A stretch of DNA of 63,943 nt, filler included, from Lama guanicoe (Eukaryota): the NCBI GenBank assembly GCA_013239625.1. It is 74 parts of 71 records of this genome, joined end to end, with 100 filler letters (N's around TTAATTAATTAA, not from the genome) between each part and the next. Parts side by side here need not be neighbours in the genome. Positions count along the whole stretch, not along the records: positions 38,235 to 39,221 come from MU054772.1; positions 39,322 to 40,164 come from MU054773.1; positions 40,265 to 41,238 come from PNXV01009667.1; positions 41,339 to 42,648 come from MU054774.1; positions 42,749 to 43,746 come from MU054776.1; positions 43,847 to 44,644 come from PNXV01009676.1; positions 44,745 to 45,518 come from PNXV01009677.1; positions 45,619 to 46,145 come from MU054779.1; 66 more parts are not named here. One strand, written 5' to 3'. A program made the translations under genes and the position numbers. The notes under the pieces were generated by a model. It was not told the origin of the DNA and did not search any database. It saw only the letters and a program-made list of their open reading frames with translations. Shown here piece after piece: positions 38,235-50,964 of this stretch (positions are counted from its first letter, which is position 1; every line of letters starts with the position of its first letter).

Positions 38235-39221
38235 CATTCCTTAACTTTGGGGTGGCATCCGCTGACCTTGGGAATTGCAGCGCAGATCCGTAGCATTACC
38301 TTGCAGCCAGACATTAGGAAAACCATCAGGGGAAACGAGCTTATGCAATCCGTTGAAACCCACGCACTGCCCACCGTTGGGGGAACCTTCCCATGCTCAG
38401 GATTCCGGAAACATAATCAGTGCATGGGGGGGCTCAAGAGACAACTCCACGCAGCTCTCTTCAGACACAGGTGTTCCCGGTTAGGGGGAAGTCAGAGAAA
38501 TATCTTCCCTGACCTTAGGGAGTCAGCCTCTGCCTCTGGGAATTCCTGTTAACCCCCCTAGCGTTCCATGGCAAAGAGACATCCGGAAAACCCTCAGGGG
38601 TGATGAGCTTAGGCATTCCCTTAAAACCCACGAGCTGCCGAACTTTGGTGGAACCTCCCGACTCTCAGGTTTCCGGAAAAATTGTCAGTGTATGGGGGAC
38701 CACGAGAGAAAACTCCATGCAGCTCTGTTCAGTCACAGGTGTTCCCGGTTCAGGGGAAGTCGGAGAAATATCTTCCCTGACCTTTGGGAGGCAACCTCTG
38801 CCTCTGGGAATTCCTGTAAACCAACCTAGCGTTCCCTGGCACATAGACATTAGGAAAACCCTCAGGGGTGATGAGCATAGGCATTCCATTAGAACGCACG
38901 TGCTGCGGACCATTGGTGGAACCTCCCCACGCTCAGGATTCCGGAACCATAATCAGTGCGTGGGGGAGCTCGTGAGACAACTCCACGCAGCTCTGTTCAG
39001 TCACAGGTGTTCCCTCTTAGGGGGAACTCCGAGAAATAACTTCCCTGAACTTTGGGAGGCAGCCTCTATCACTGGGAATTCCTGAAACACCCGCTAACAT
39101 TCCCTGGCAGAGAGGCATTAGGAAAATTTCAGGGCAGACCACCATAGGCATTCCGTTTGAACGTATGTGCTACCGACCGTTGGTGGAACCTACCCACGCT
39201 CAGGATTCCGGAACCATAATC
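38235..39221 (-). repeat. ~267-bp satellite, CpG-rich subfamily (A1)
   Basis: gcagctct.ttcag.cacaggtgttccc at 38451, 38719, 38987 (period 268). Confidence 0.93.
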
Positions 39222-40264
39222 NNNNNNNNNNNNNNNNNNNNNNNNNNNNNNNNNNNNNNNNNNNNTTAATTAATTAANNNNNNNNNNNNNNNNNNNNNNN
39301 NNNNNNNNNNNNNNNNNNNNNTGTAGCTCAGCAGGTCCATCGAAGCTGATGCTCTGCCAGAGGGTGGGGCAGAGGGGAGAGGGCAGGTCCTGCCCTCCCT
39401 GTGCTGACAGTTTCATGGCAAAAACTTTCACCAGGTGAAGAACTTGGAGTTTCTTCTAGGAACAGTGGGTCTGAAAAGAGTCCAAAAAGCACGAGAGTGA
39501 CACAATCCCATTTGTATCAAATAGGGGAGAGTGGCTGTGGGGCCACTTGGGAGACTTGTGAGTCCAGGTGGGCAGTGTTGTTGGCTTCCTCTTGAGCNNN
39601 NNNNNNNNNNNNNNNNNNNNNNNNNNNNNNNNNNNNNNNGGTAAAAGCGATTGAAGGCATGTTAAGATGGTAAAAAGTAAAGGATGAATGCTGTCTGTGA
39701 ATGTAGGATGGAGTAAGGCCAAGGTTTCTGTGTGGATTAATGAGGTAAATGATGGTCCTGCCCTGCTGTGAGGAGGGAAAGCTGCAGAGGGGGAAAACTG
39801 GGGGAAAACTGATGAGTTCAGCTGTGGGTAAAGTGAAAGGCTGTTAAATGTGTGGTCTGGGAGCTCAGGTGAGAGCCAGTAGTGAGTAATGGGAGGGGAG
39901 AGGGACTTTCAAATCATTTTGTCTTGTGAACATACAAATAAGTATGGGTAATGACACACTTAACACCTCTATATTCGGGATTTAAAGCCCAGTAACATTT
40001 TGCTATACTGACTGCAGAGTTTCTTAATTTTTTTTAATAGAAAGAAAAAGAAACAAAATAGTGGAGTTAATGAACATCTTAGAGTTGTTGTGTGTCCTTG
40101 TACGTATTTTGATATCTCATCTGTTTATAACCATAATCTACAAAAAGTTAGCTTGCTTAGCATANNNNNNNNNNNNNNNNNNNNNNNNNNNNNNNNNNNN
40201 NNNNNNNNTTAATTAATTAANNNNNNNNNNNNNNNNNNNNNNNNNNNNNNNNNNNNNNNNNNNN

Positions 40265-41238
40265 TCTATATTCAGTAGTCTGTATTCTATATTCTTAATT
40301 CTGTGTTTTGCATTCCAAGTTCTAAATGCTGGGTTCTATATTCTGTATTCCATATTCTAAATTCTGTGTTCTACATTCTATATTCTGTACTCAATATTCT
40401 GCATTCCCTATTCTATATTCTATACTCTGTGTTCTACATTCTATATTCTAAATTCTTTATTCAGTATTCTGTATACTATATTCTTAATATTGTGTTCTGC
40501 ATTCCATGTTCTAAATTCTGGGTTCTATTTTCTATACTCTATATTCTATATTCTGTGTTCTTCATTGTATTTTCTATATTCTATATTCAGTATTCCATAT
40601 TCTATATTCTATATTCTGGGTTCTGCATTCCTTGTTCTAAAATCCATATTCAGTATTCTGTATTCTATATTCTATATTCTGAGTTCTGCTTTCCATGTTC
40701 TAAATTATATATTCAGTATTCTGTATTCTATATTCTAATTGCTGTGTTCCGCATTCTATGTTCTAAATTCTATATTAAGTATTCTGTATTCTTTATTGTA
40801 AATACTGTGTTCCGCATTCTATGTTCTAAATTCTTTATTCAGTAATCTCTATTCTTTATTCTAAATTCTGTGTTCGGCATTCCATGTTCAAAATACTGGG
40901 TTCTACATTCTATATACTATACTCTATATTGTGTGTTCTACATTCTATATTCTAAATTCGATATTCAGTATTCTGTATTGTATATTCTAAATTCTATCTG
41001 TATTCTATATTCTATATTCTGAGTTCTGCTATCCATGTTCTAAATTATATATTCAGTATTCTGTATTCTATATTCTAATTGCTGTGTTCCGCATTCTATG
41101 TTCTAAATTCTATATTAAGTATTCTGTATTCTTTATTGTAAATACTGTGTTCCGCATTCTATGTTCTAAATTCTTTATTCAGTAATCTCTATTCTTTATT
41201 CTAAATTCTGTGTTCGGCATTCCATGTTCAAAATACTG
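40265..41238 (+). repeat. AT-rich heptamer satellite
   Basis: Same pattern; ~240-bp near-identical block at 340-bp spacing (40681, 41021). Confidence 0.93.
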
Positions 41239-41338
41239 NNNNNNNNNNNNNNNNNNNNNNNNNNNNNNNNNNNNNNNNNNNNTTAATTAATTAANNNNNN
41301 NNNNNNNNNNNNNNNNNNNNNNNNNNNNNNNNNNNNNN

Positions 41339-42648
41339 CCTCCTAATCCTCTTCCTCCTCCACCTCCACATCCTCCTCCTCCTCCACATGCTCCTCCTAC
41401 TCCTCCACAACCTCCTCCTCCTCCAAATCCTCCTCATCCTCCTCATCCTCTACATCCTCCTCCTCCTCCACGTCCTCCTCCTCCTCCACATCCTCCTTCT
41501 CCTCCACCTCCTCCTCCTCCACCTCCTCCNNNNNNNNNNNNNNNNNNNNNNNNNNNNNNNNNNNNNNNNNNNNNNNNNNNNNNNNNNNNNNNNNNNNNNN
41601 NNNNNNNNNNNNNNNNNNNNNNNNNNNNNNNNNNNNNNNNNNNNNNNNNNNNNNNNNNNNNNNNNNNNNNNNNNNNNNNNNNNNNNNNNNNNNNNNNNNN
41701 NNNNNNNNNNNNNNNNNNNNNNNNNNNNNNNNNNNNNNNNNNNNNNNNNNNNNNNNNNNNNNNNNNNNNNNNNNNNNNNNNNNNNNNNNNNNNNNNNNNN
41801 NNNNNNNNNNNNNNNNNNNNNNNNNNNNNNNNNNNNNNNNNNNNNNNNNNNNNNNNNNNNNNNNNNNNCACCTCCTCCTCCCCCACATCCTCTTCCTCCT
41901 CCTCCTCCACCTCCTCCTCCTAATCCACCTCCTCTTCCTCCACCTCCTCCTCCTCCTCCACATCCTCCTTCTCCTCCTCCTCCTCCACCTCCTCCTCCTC
42001 CTCCTCCTCCTCCTCCTCCTCCTCCTCCTCCTCCTCCTCCTCCTCCTCCTCCTCCACCTCCTCCTCCTCCTCCACATCCTCCTCCTCCTCCTCCTCCTCT
42101 ACCTCCTCTTCCTCCTCCACCTCCACCTCCTCCACCTCCTCCTCCTACTCCTCCACTTCCTCCTTCACATCCACCTCCTACTCGACCTCCTCCAACTCCT
42201 CCACCTCCTCTTCCACCACCTCCTCATCCTCCTCCTCCATCTCATCCTCCACATCCTCCTCCTTCACCTCCTCATCCACATCCTCCTCCTCCTCCACATC
42301 CTCGTCCTCCACATCCTCCTCCTCCTTCTTCTCCTCCTCTTCCACCTCCTCCTCCTCCTATTCCAAATCCTCCTCCTCCTTCACATCCTCCTCCTCCTCC
42401 TCCTCCACCTCCTCCTCCACATCCTCCTCCTCCACCTCCTCCTCAACATCCTCCTCCTCCTCCGCATCCTCGTCCTCCACATCCTCCTCCTCCTTCTTCT
42501 CCTCCTATTCCACATCCTAATCCTCCTCTTCCACATCCTCCAACTCCGCCACATCCTCCTCCTCCTTCTTCACATCCTCCTACTCCTCCAATCCTCCTGC
42601 TCCTCCACCTCCTCCTCCTCCACATCCTCCTTCTCCTCCACATCCTCC
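41339..42648. repeat. Degenerate (TCC)n/(GGA)n triplet array
   Basis: Same variants as 1864-2466, with a pure (CCT)n run near 41988-42054. Confidence 0.95.
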
Positions 42649-42748
42649 NNNNNNNNNNNNNNNNNNNNNNNNNNNNNNNNNNNNNNNNNNNNTTAATTAA
42701 TTAANNNNNNNNNNNNNNNNNNNNNNNNNNNNNNNNNNNNNNNNNNNN

Positions 42749-43746
42749 AACTACATCCCACAACTTGGGAATTACTATGACCCCTGAAAAATGCCTGTTC
42801 TTTGTTTCCCCAACTCCAGCACACACACGATGTTTTCTGGTATCCTGAGTGTGGGGAGGCTCCTGCAACTGACAACAGCAGCTGGGATCTAATTGGATCC
42901 ATTAGATTGACTTCCCTGAGTATTTTCCTTGGCCGGGTTTTGAGCGAAGTTATGGGTTGTGCTCTAAAACAAAGTATGAGCGAGTTCCTATATTTTGGCA
43001 TTGGAGGTGGTTAAAGTATATCCCCAAACTGGGAACACCTGTGCCCCCATAAATATGTTTGGACGCAGTTTCCCTCCTCCAGCACACACAAGATAACTGG
43101 CTCAGATATTTTGAGTGTGGGGAGATTCCTCCAACTAACAGCAGCGCCTGTGTTCTAATACAATACATTTACTTCTCTTCAATGATGGCTTGCCAAGGGC
43201 GGATTGCGGGGGAAATTGGGGGTTGGGCTGTAAATCCAAGTATTAGCGAGTGCTTCTCCATGGGAAGAGGAAATTATTCACCAAAATCCCACAACCTGGG
43301 AATAGCTGTGCTCCTTGAAAAATGCGTGGACTCTGTTTCCCCACCTCCNNNNNNNNNNNNNNNNNNCTGAGTGTGGGGAGGCTCCTCCAACTGACAGCAG
43401 CAACTGAGATCTAATAGAATCACTTGGCTTCACTTCCCTGAGTGTTTCCATAGGCCGGGCCCTGAGCGAAGGTGTGGTTGGACACTAAACCAAAGTAATA
43501 GCGAGTGCCTCTCTATTAGCAGTGGAAGTGTTTAACTACATCCCCAGCCTGGGAACACCTGTGCCCCCAGAAAGATGCGTGGACTCTGTTTCCCTCATCC
43601 AGCACACACACGGCATTGGGTTCAGATGTCTTGAGTGTGGGGAGGTTATTCCAACTAACAGCAGCCCCTGGGTTCTAATACAATACCTTAACTTGTGTCC
43701 ATGAAGGATTGAAAAGGCCGGTGTGTGGGGGAAAGTTGGGATTTGG
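42749..43746 (+). repeat. ~267-bp satellite, subfamily A2
   Basis: gagtgtgggga at 42847, 43113, 43369, 43633. Confidence 0.9.
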
Positions 43747-43930
43747 NNNNNNNNNNNNNNNNNNNNNNNNNNNNNNNNNNNNNNNNNNNNTTAATTAATT
43801 AANNNNNNNNNNNNNNNNNNNNNNNNNNNNNNNNNNNNNNNNNNNNTTGTGGGATGTGGTGGGTCCTATCAAGAGAGCAAACCGACCTGTGACCCGAATT
43901 AGAAGGCCACCACACCGGCACGCGCGGTTG

Positions 43931-44082
43931 AGATTATCGATATGTCCCATGGCCACACCCAGTGCATCTGCAGGACCAGGGACCAATTGGGCATTTGGCC
44001 AATAGAAGATTATCGATATGTCCCATGGCCACACCCAGTGCATCTGCAGGACCAGGGACCAATTGGGCATTTGGCCAATAGA
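43931..44082. repeat. Exact 2 x 76-bp tandem duplication containing CCAAT and CCACACCC motifs
   Basis: 43931-44006 equals 44007-44082. Confidence 0.95.
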
Positions 44083-44204
44083 GCACGTGTGGGGCTGAAT
44101 CAGAGATATCGTGCATCTGGTCTGAGTGATCTAGGTGGCCTTGGGTTTGAAATCAGAATGAAAAGCCTTAGGATCTGCTACATACATAACCTGGGCTGGA
44201 ATTA

Positions 44205-44644
44205 TGGTTTGCTTTGAGGCACAGGATACGCAACAGCTCTGTGGTTGCCTTCGTGCACCCGTGCCACAAGGATGAGAGGACTAGGAAGTGTAGTCCAAGT
44301 CCACATCGTGAGACGATGAAGCATTCCCTTCAGCATTATCTCCCAAAAGCAGATGCTCCATTTTGGATGGCACTGGCACAGAACGGAACCGAGGACACCA
44401 AGGTCGGTCTGCGGGATCATTCCACTGTCCCTGATGTGTGACATCCATTAATATGCTTCCACTGGCGATTCTGTAGGCAGAGAAGCTCTGGGAAGAACTG
44501 GTTTCATTGGGACATTCCCGTGGCACTACAAAGCACAAGCGCACTCTCAGTTTGCAGTTTTGGAAATACTCCAAAATGACATGGAGCAGAATGCCGAGCT
44601 GAGAACCATTAGAAGCTTCATTTCCACCAGAGGAAGTGTCCTGT
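44205..44644 (+). repeat. Family B large-unit repeat
   Basis: Matches 11022-11320, 49217-49550 and the reverse of 17949-18062. Confidence 0.88.
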
Positions 44645-44744
44645 NNNNNNNNNNNNNNNNNNNNNNNNNNNNNNNNNNNNNNNNNNNNTTAATTAATTAA
44701 NNNNNNNNNNNNNNNNNNNNNNNNNNNNNNNNNNNNNNNNNNNN

Positions 44745-45518
44745 GTGCTTCTGACCGAGGGATTTGTGTTCCCCTGTCTTCAAAGTCATTCACCCGTTCC
44801 TCTGCAAAATCTCGTCTGCTTAGGACGGAATGTTAGCCCTGATATTTTCTCATCCACTGGGTTTTCCGATATTATATGGCTCGTCTTTAGGCTTTCTCTT
44901 CCCTTTTCTGGTATTCTGCCGTTTGTGATTCTGAGACACTGTTGTTCTTCAGTGTTTCCCTAACCTCCATTTTCAATTTCCCTCACCTCCATTTTCAATA
45001 CTTGCTCTGGAGAGCGTTTTGCTGTTAAGTTGTCTGAAAGCTTTTCTTAAGGGCCTTCAATCTCTTTGGAACTGAAAATGGTACTTCCTTTTCCTTTTAC
45101 TGTATTTCTTCATCTCTACTGGTCAGGTAATTTCAGGTATCTAATGTAGAATTCTAGGGCTTGGTTAAGTGAAAACTTTAGACTCTTGGCTCTACACAAT
45201 TGCATGGGATTTCTGTGAGGACAAATTTTCCTAGACATTGATGCCATGTCCTGTTCCTGTGTGTGTTGTCTGGTCTATCTCCAATTGCTGGTGTTGCCTT
45301 TGTTGTGATGAACCCCCCATACTATTTCGATTAGGATAACCTCATTTTGATTACGCTTATCTCACAAATCTGAAAGAGCACAGGACACTTCCTCTGGTGG
45401 AAATGGAGCTTCTAAAGGTTCTCAGCTCTGCATTCTACTCTATGTTATTTTGGTGGGTTTTCAGAAGAACAGAGTGTGAGTGCGCTTGTGCTTTGTAGTG
45501 CCACGGTAATGTCCCACT
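44745..45518 (-). repeat. Family B large-unit repeat
   Basis: Reverse complement of 11180-11797; overlaps 16262-16607. Confidence 0.88.
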
Positions 45519-45729
45519 NNNNNNNNNNNNNNNNNNNNNNNNNNNNNNNNNNNNNNNNNNNNTTAATTAATTAANNNNNNNNNNNNNNNNNNNNNNNNNN
45601 NNNNNNNNNNNNNNNNNNGAAGACTCATTTAACTTTATCGTTCTTCCTTATTTAAAAATTGCCTTGTTTTTTGTTTTTAGTTTCTTATTTGAAGTATTTT
45701 ACTTTACTTGTGAAAGCATGCTCCATTGT

Positions 45730-45975
45730 TTAGAGAGGCCAGCGTTGTGGTAGTGAGATCTTGGGAATGAAGTTGCCTAAATTCATATTTGAACACAGCA
45801 GCTTGCTTCCTGAGTGATCTTGGACAACTTAACTTCTCTGTGCCATAGTTTCCTATAAAATAAGAATAAGAGNNNNNNNNNNNNNNNNNNNNNNNNNNNN
45901 NNNGAAGTAATGTATCTACTTGGAAAGCTTCCTGGCACAGAGGAAGGGCCATGTACTTAGTTACAGCTATTATTA
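45730..45975 (+). mobile_element. MIR SINE within a duplicated segment
   Basis: gtgatcttggacaacttaacttctctgtgccatagtttcctataaaataagaataa...cctggcacagaggaag; paralogue reversed at 52877-53030. Confidence 0.75.
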
Positions 45976-46245
45976 TACTATATCTGGTTTTATAATCCAG
46001 TTAAATCTTGATTCTTACTGATTTCATTTCTTAAAAAATTCTAAATATAAACTCTAAAATGGAAACCCTTCAACTTCATATTTGTAGCTAATTAATACAT
46101 AAAGCTCAACCAAGAAACACACAGTGGACACCAGTTAGCTGCAGANNNNNNNNNNNNNNNNNNNNNNNNNNNNNNNNNNNNNNNNNNNNTTAATTAATTA
46201 ANNNNNNNNNNNNNNNNNNNNNNNNNNNNNNNNNNNNNNNNNNNN

Positions 46246-47128
46246 CTGAGAGCAGTGCCAGTGTTCTAGTAGAATCCTTAATCTTCTCTTCCCTAATGGT
46301 TTGCATAAGCTGGAGTGCGGTTCAAAGTGGGAATTGGGGTCTAAATCCAAGTATTAGTGAGTGCCTCTCCATGGGAAGTTGAGGTGTTTATAAAACAACC
46401 CCCAAAAAGGGAATACCTTTGCCCCGTGGAATATGCATGGACACTGTTTCTCCACCAACAGCACACACACGAAGAAGTTTTCTGGAATCCTGAGCATGGG
46501 GAGGCTACTCCAAATGACAGCAGCACCTGGGTTCTATTAGAATCCCTTAGCTTNNNNNNNNNNNNNNNNNNNNNNNNNNNNNNNNNNNNNNNNNNNNNNN
46601 NNNNNNNNNNNNNNNNNNNNNNNNNNNNNNNNNNNNNNNNNNNNNNNNNNNNNNNNNNNNNNNNNNNNNNNNNNNNNNNNNNNNNNNNNNNNNNNNNNNN
46701 NNNNNNNNNNNNNNNNNNNNNNNNNNNNNNNNNNNNNNNNNNNNNNNNNNNNNNNGTAGGCACCTCCAAATGACAGCAGCAACTGGGAACTTATAATATC
46801 ATTTGGCTTGCTTTCCCTGAGTGTTTCCATTGGCCAGGCTGTGAGCGAAGTTGGGTGTTGGGCACTAAAGACTAGTAATAGCGAGTGCCTCTCTATGGGC
46901 AGTGGAGGTGTTTAAAATACATCCCCAAACGTGGAACAACTGTGCCCCCCAAAAAATGCGTCGACTCTGTTTCCCCAACTCCAGCACCCACACGAAGACG
47001 GGTTGAGATTTCCTGAGTGTGGGGAGGCACCTACAACTGACAGCAGGGCCTGGGTTCTAATATAATCAATTAACTTGTGTTCACTGATGGGTAGCCTAGG
47101 CGGGAGTGCGGGGGAATGTGAGGGTTGG
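46246..47128 (+). repeat. ~267-bp satellite, subfamily A2
   Basis: Monomers match 43368-43746 and 22872-23060. Confidence 0.9.
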
Positions 47129-47228
47129 NNNNNNNNNNNNNNNNNNNNNNNNNNNNNNNNNNNNNNNNNNNNTTAATTAATTAANNNNNNNNNNNNNNNN
47201 NNNNNNNNNNNNNNNNNNNNNNNNNNNN

Positions 47229-48181
47229 CTGCCTCCCCAAGGTCACGGAAGGTATTTCTCGGACTTCCCCCTAAAAGGGAACTCCTGTGACTGAAGAGAG
47301 CTTGTCTCTCGAGCTCCCCCACGCACTGACAATTTTTTCGGAAATCTGAGCGTCGGGAGTTTCAACCAATGGTCGTCAGCGCGTGGGTTCTAATGGAATG
47401 CCTAAGCTCGTCTCCCCTGGGTTTTCCTAATGTCTCTGTGCCAGGGAGCACGAGGGGTGTTTACAGGAAANNNNNNNNNNNNNNNTCCCTAAGGACAGGG
47501 AAGATATTTCTCGGACTTCCCACGGACCGGGAAGACCTGTGACTGAAGTGAGCTGCGTGGAGTTGTCTCTCGAGCTCCCATACGCACTGATTATGGTTCC
47601 GGAATCCTGAACGGGGGAGGTTTCACCAACGGTCGGCAGCACGTTGATTTTAACGGAATGCCTAAGCTAGTCTCCCCTGAGTGTTTTACAAATGTCTGTC
47701 TGCCAGGAAATGCTTGGGGTCTACGCTGGCATGTCCACTGTCAGCGGTTGCCTCCCCAAGGGTAGGGAAGGTATTTCTCGGACTTCCCCCTAGCAGGGAA
47801 CACCTGTGACTGAAGAGAGCTGCGTGGAGTTGTCTCAAGAGCTCCCCCACGCACTGATTATGGTTACGGAATCCTGAGCGTGGGGAGGTTCCACCAACGG
47901 TCGGCAGCACGTTGATTTTAACGGAATGCCTAAGCTAGTCTCCCCTGAGTGTTTTCTTAATGTCTGGCTGCCAGGGAATGCTGGTGTTTGCACTGGCATG
48001 CCCAGTGCCAGCGGCTGCCTCCCCAAGTTCAGGGAAGCTTTTTCTCGGACTTGCTCCTAACAGGGAACACCTTGACTGAAGAGAGCTGCGTGGAGTTGTC
48101 TCAAGAGCTCCCCCACGCACTGATTATGGTTACGGAATCCTGAGCGTGGGGAGGTAAGACCAACGGACGTCAGCGCGTGGG
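47229..48181 (+). repeat. ~267-bp satellite, subfamily A1
   Basis: ttatggtt.cggaatcctga at 47591, 47858, 48124 (periods 267, 266). Confidence 0.93.
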
Positions 48182-48281
48182 NNNNNNNNNNNNNNNNNNN
48201 NNNNNNNNNNNNNNNNNNNNNNNNNTTAATTAATTAANNNNNNNNNNNNNNNNNNNNNNNNNNNNNNNNNNNNNNNNNNNN

Positions 48282-49116
48282 AAAATAATAATAAAATAAT
48301 GCCATTTGCAGCAACGTCAATGGACCTGGATAATGTCATTCTAAGCGAAGAAAGCCAGAAAGAGAAAGAAAATTATCATATGAGATCGCTCACATGTGGA
48401 ATCTAAAAAAAAAACCAAAAACAAAAAACAAAGAAACAAAAAGATAAACTTATCTACAGAACAGAAGCCGACACAGAGACATAGAAATCAAACTATGGTT
48501 ACCAGAGGGGAGAGGGTGTGGGAAGGAATAAATTGGGAGTTCAAGATTTGCAGATACTGAGTATGTATAGAATAAACAGCAAGATTACACTGTATAGCAC
48601 AGGAGAATATATTTAATATCTTACAGTAACTTATGTTCAAAAAGAATATGAAAATGAATACAGGNNNNNNNNNNNNNNNNNNNNNNNNNNNNNNNNNNNN
48701 NNNNNNNNNNNNNNNNNNNNNNNNNNNNNNNNNNNNNNNNNNNNNNNNNNNNNNNNNAAAATTATCATATGAGATCGCTCACATGTGGAATCTAAAAAGA
48801 AAAACAAAAACAAAAAACAAAGAAACAAAAAGATAAACTTATCTACAGAACAGGAGCCGACACAGAGACATAGAAATCAAACTATGGTTACCAGAGGGGA
48901 GAGGGTGTGGGAAGGAATAAATTGGGAGTTCATGATGTGCAGATACTGAGTATGTATAGAATAAACAGCAAGATTACACTGTATAGCACAGGAGAATATA
49001 TTTAATATCTTATAGTAACTTATGTTCAAAAAGAATATGAAAATGAATACAGGAATGTACCTATTTCACTGAAGTGTTATGCTGTACACAAGAAACTAAC
49101 ACAAAATTATAAACTG
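48282..49116 (+). mobile_element. L1 3' end present twice across an N gap
   Basis: 48368-48664 is nearly identical to 48758-49053; ORF2 end gccatttgcagcaac...gtcattctaagcgaag. Confidence 0.9.
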
Positions 49117-49216
49117 NNNNNNNNNNNNNNNNNNNNNNNNNNNNNNNNNNNNNNNNNNNNTTAATTAATTAANNNNNNNNNNNNNNNNNNNNNNNNNNNN
49201 NNNNNNNNNNNNNNNN

Positions 49217-49876
49217 GAAGATGAAGCATTTCCTTCAGCATTATCTCCCAAAAGCAGTTGCTCCACTTTTAATGGCACCGGCACGGTACGGCACTGGGGA
49301 CACCAAGGTCGGTCTGCGGGGTCATTCCACTGGCCCTGATGTGTGACATCCATTGATATGCTTCCACTGGTGTTTCTGTAGGCAGAGAAGCTCTGGGAAG
49401 AACTGGTTTCATTGGGACATTCCCGTGGCACTACAAAGCACAAGCGCACTCTCAGTTTGCAGTTTTGGAAACACTCCAAAGTGACATGGAGCAGAATGCA
49501 GAGCTGAGAACCTTTAGAAGCTTCATTTCCACCAGAGGAAGTGTCCTGTGCACTTTTAGAATTGTGAGATAAGCNNNNNNNNNNNNNNNNNNNNNNNNNN
49601 NNNNNNNNNNNNNNNNNNCAGCAATTGGAGATATACCAGACAACAAACACAGGAACAGGACATGGCATCAATGTCTAGGAGAAACTGTCCTCAGAGGAAT
49701 CCCATGGAATTGCATAGAGCCAAGATTCCAAATTTTTCACTTAACAAAGCCCTAGAAGTCTACATTAGATACCTGATATTACCTGACCAGTAGAGGTGAA
49801 GAAGTGCAGTGAAAGAAATAGGAAATACAATTTTCAGTTCCAAAGAGATTGAAGGCCCAAAAGATAAGCTTTCAAA
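49217..49876 (+). repeat. Family B large-unit repeat
   Basis: Collinear with 11022-11655. Confidence 0.88.
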
Positions 49877-49976
49877 NNNNNNNNNNNNNNNNNNNNNNNN
49901 NNNNNNNNNNNNNNNNNNNNTTAATTAATTAANNNNNNNNNNNNNNNNNNNNNNNNNNNNNNNNNNNNNNNNNNNN

Positions 49977-50864
49977 CAAAACTGACCATGTGTAGAGACG
50001 TTCTTTCATCTAGCACAAAGGGATCTGTTTGCAGGGTAAATATATTCTCTGGTTTCTCAGTCTTTTTCCTTGTGCCCTTTTAAATTTCCTGCACTTTTCC
50101 CTATAAACCCGACTTGGAGCTTGTACCTCCCCATATATATGTATGGAGTGGAGTTTGCAACTGAAGAGAAACTTTGTGTTCCCAACAAGCTACTTGAAGT
50201 ACGATTTTCACACAAGCTGAACTCTCAATTCTGAGCATGTGGAGTGATTTTCATTATGTAGAACAAATGGAACCGGTTGCAGGACAAACACTTACTCTGG
50301 AATCGCAGAATGTTTCCTAGTTACGGTTCAAAGTTACTGAAGTTTTCACTGTAAAACCAAGTTGGAGCTTGTACCACACCATATATATATATGTAGTGGG
50401 GTTTGCAACTGAAGAGGAACCTTGCTTTCCCAACAACATACGTGAAGCATGGCTTTCACACATGCTTAACTCTCAAAACTGAGCCTGTGGAGAGACGTTC
50501 GTTCATCCATCTCACAGGGAACAGGTTGCAGGAGAAACAATTTCTCAGGATTCTCAGTCTGTTTCCTAGTGCCGGTTGAAGTTCCTGTAGCTTTCACTGT
50601 AAAACCGAGTTGAAGCTTGTACCTAACCATATATATGTATGTAGTGGGGTTTGCACCTGAATAGAAACTTTGTATTCCAAACAAGCAAGGTGAAGAAAAG
50701 CTTTCACACACGCTTAACCCTCAAAAGTGAGCATGTGTAGAGACGTTCATTCATCTAACACAAAGAACAGTTTGCAGGAGAAACATTTACTGTGGTTTCT
50801 CAGTCTGTTTCCTACTGGCGGTTTTAAGTTCCTGCACTTTTCAATGTAAAACCGAGTTGGAGCT
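49977..50864 (+). repeat. ~248-bp satellite, family C, more diverged monomers
   Basis: ttgtacc at 50121, 50369, 50617 (period 248). Confidence 0.92.
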
Positions 50865-50964
50865 NNNNNNNNNNNNNNNNNNNNNNNNNNNNNNNNNNNN
50901 NNNNNNNNTTAATTAATTAANNNNNNNNNNNNNNNNNNNNNNNNNNNNNNNNNNNNNNNNNNNN

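Noticed and set aside
40303..40845. Hydrophobic YILYSVF-repeat ORFs (also 7641-9741, 13436-14268, 26583-27872, 62931)
   Set aside because: By-products of the heptamer satellite; stops vary between copies
41388..42704. 438-aa poly-Pro ORF, and poly-Glu/Leu/Arg ORFs here and at 1812-2522
   Set aside because: Translations of a TCC triplet array that run through N gaps; no splice or domain evidence
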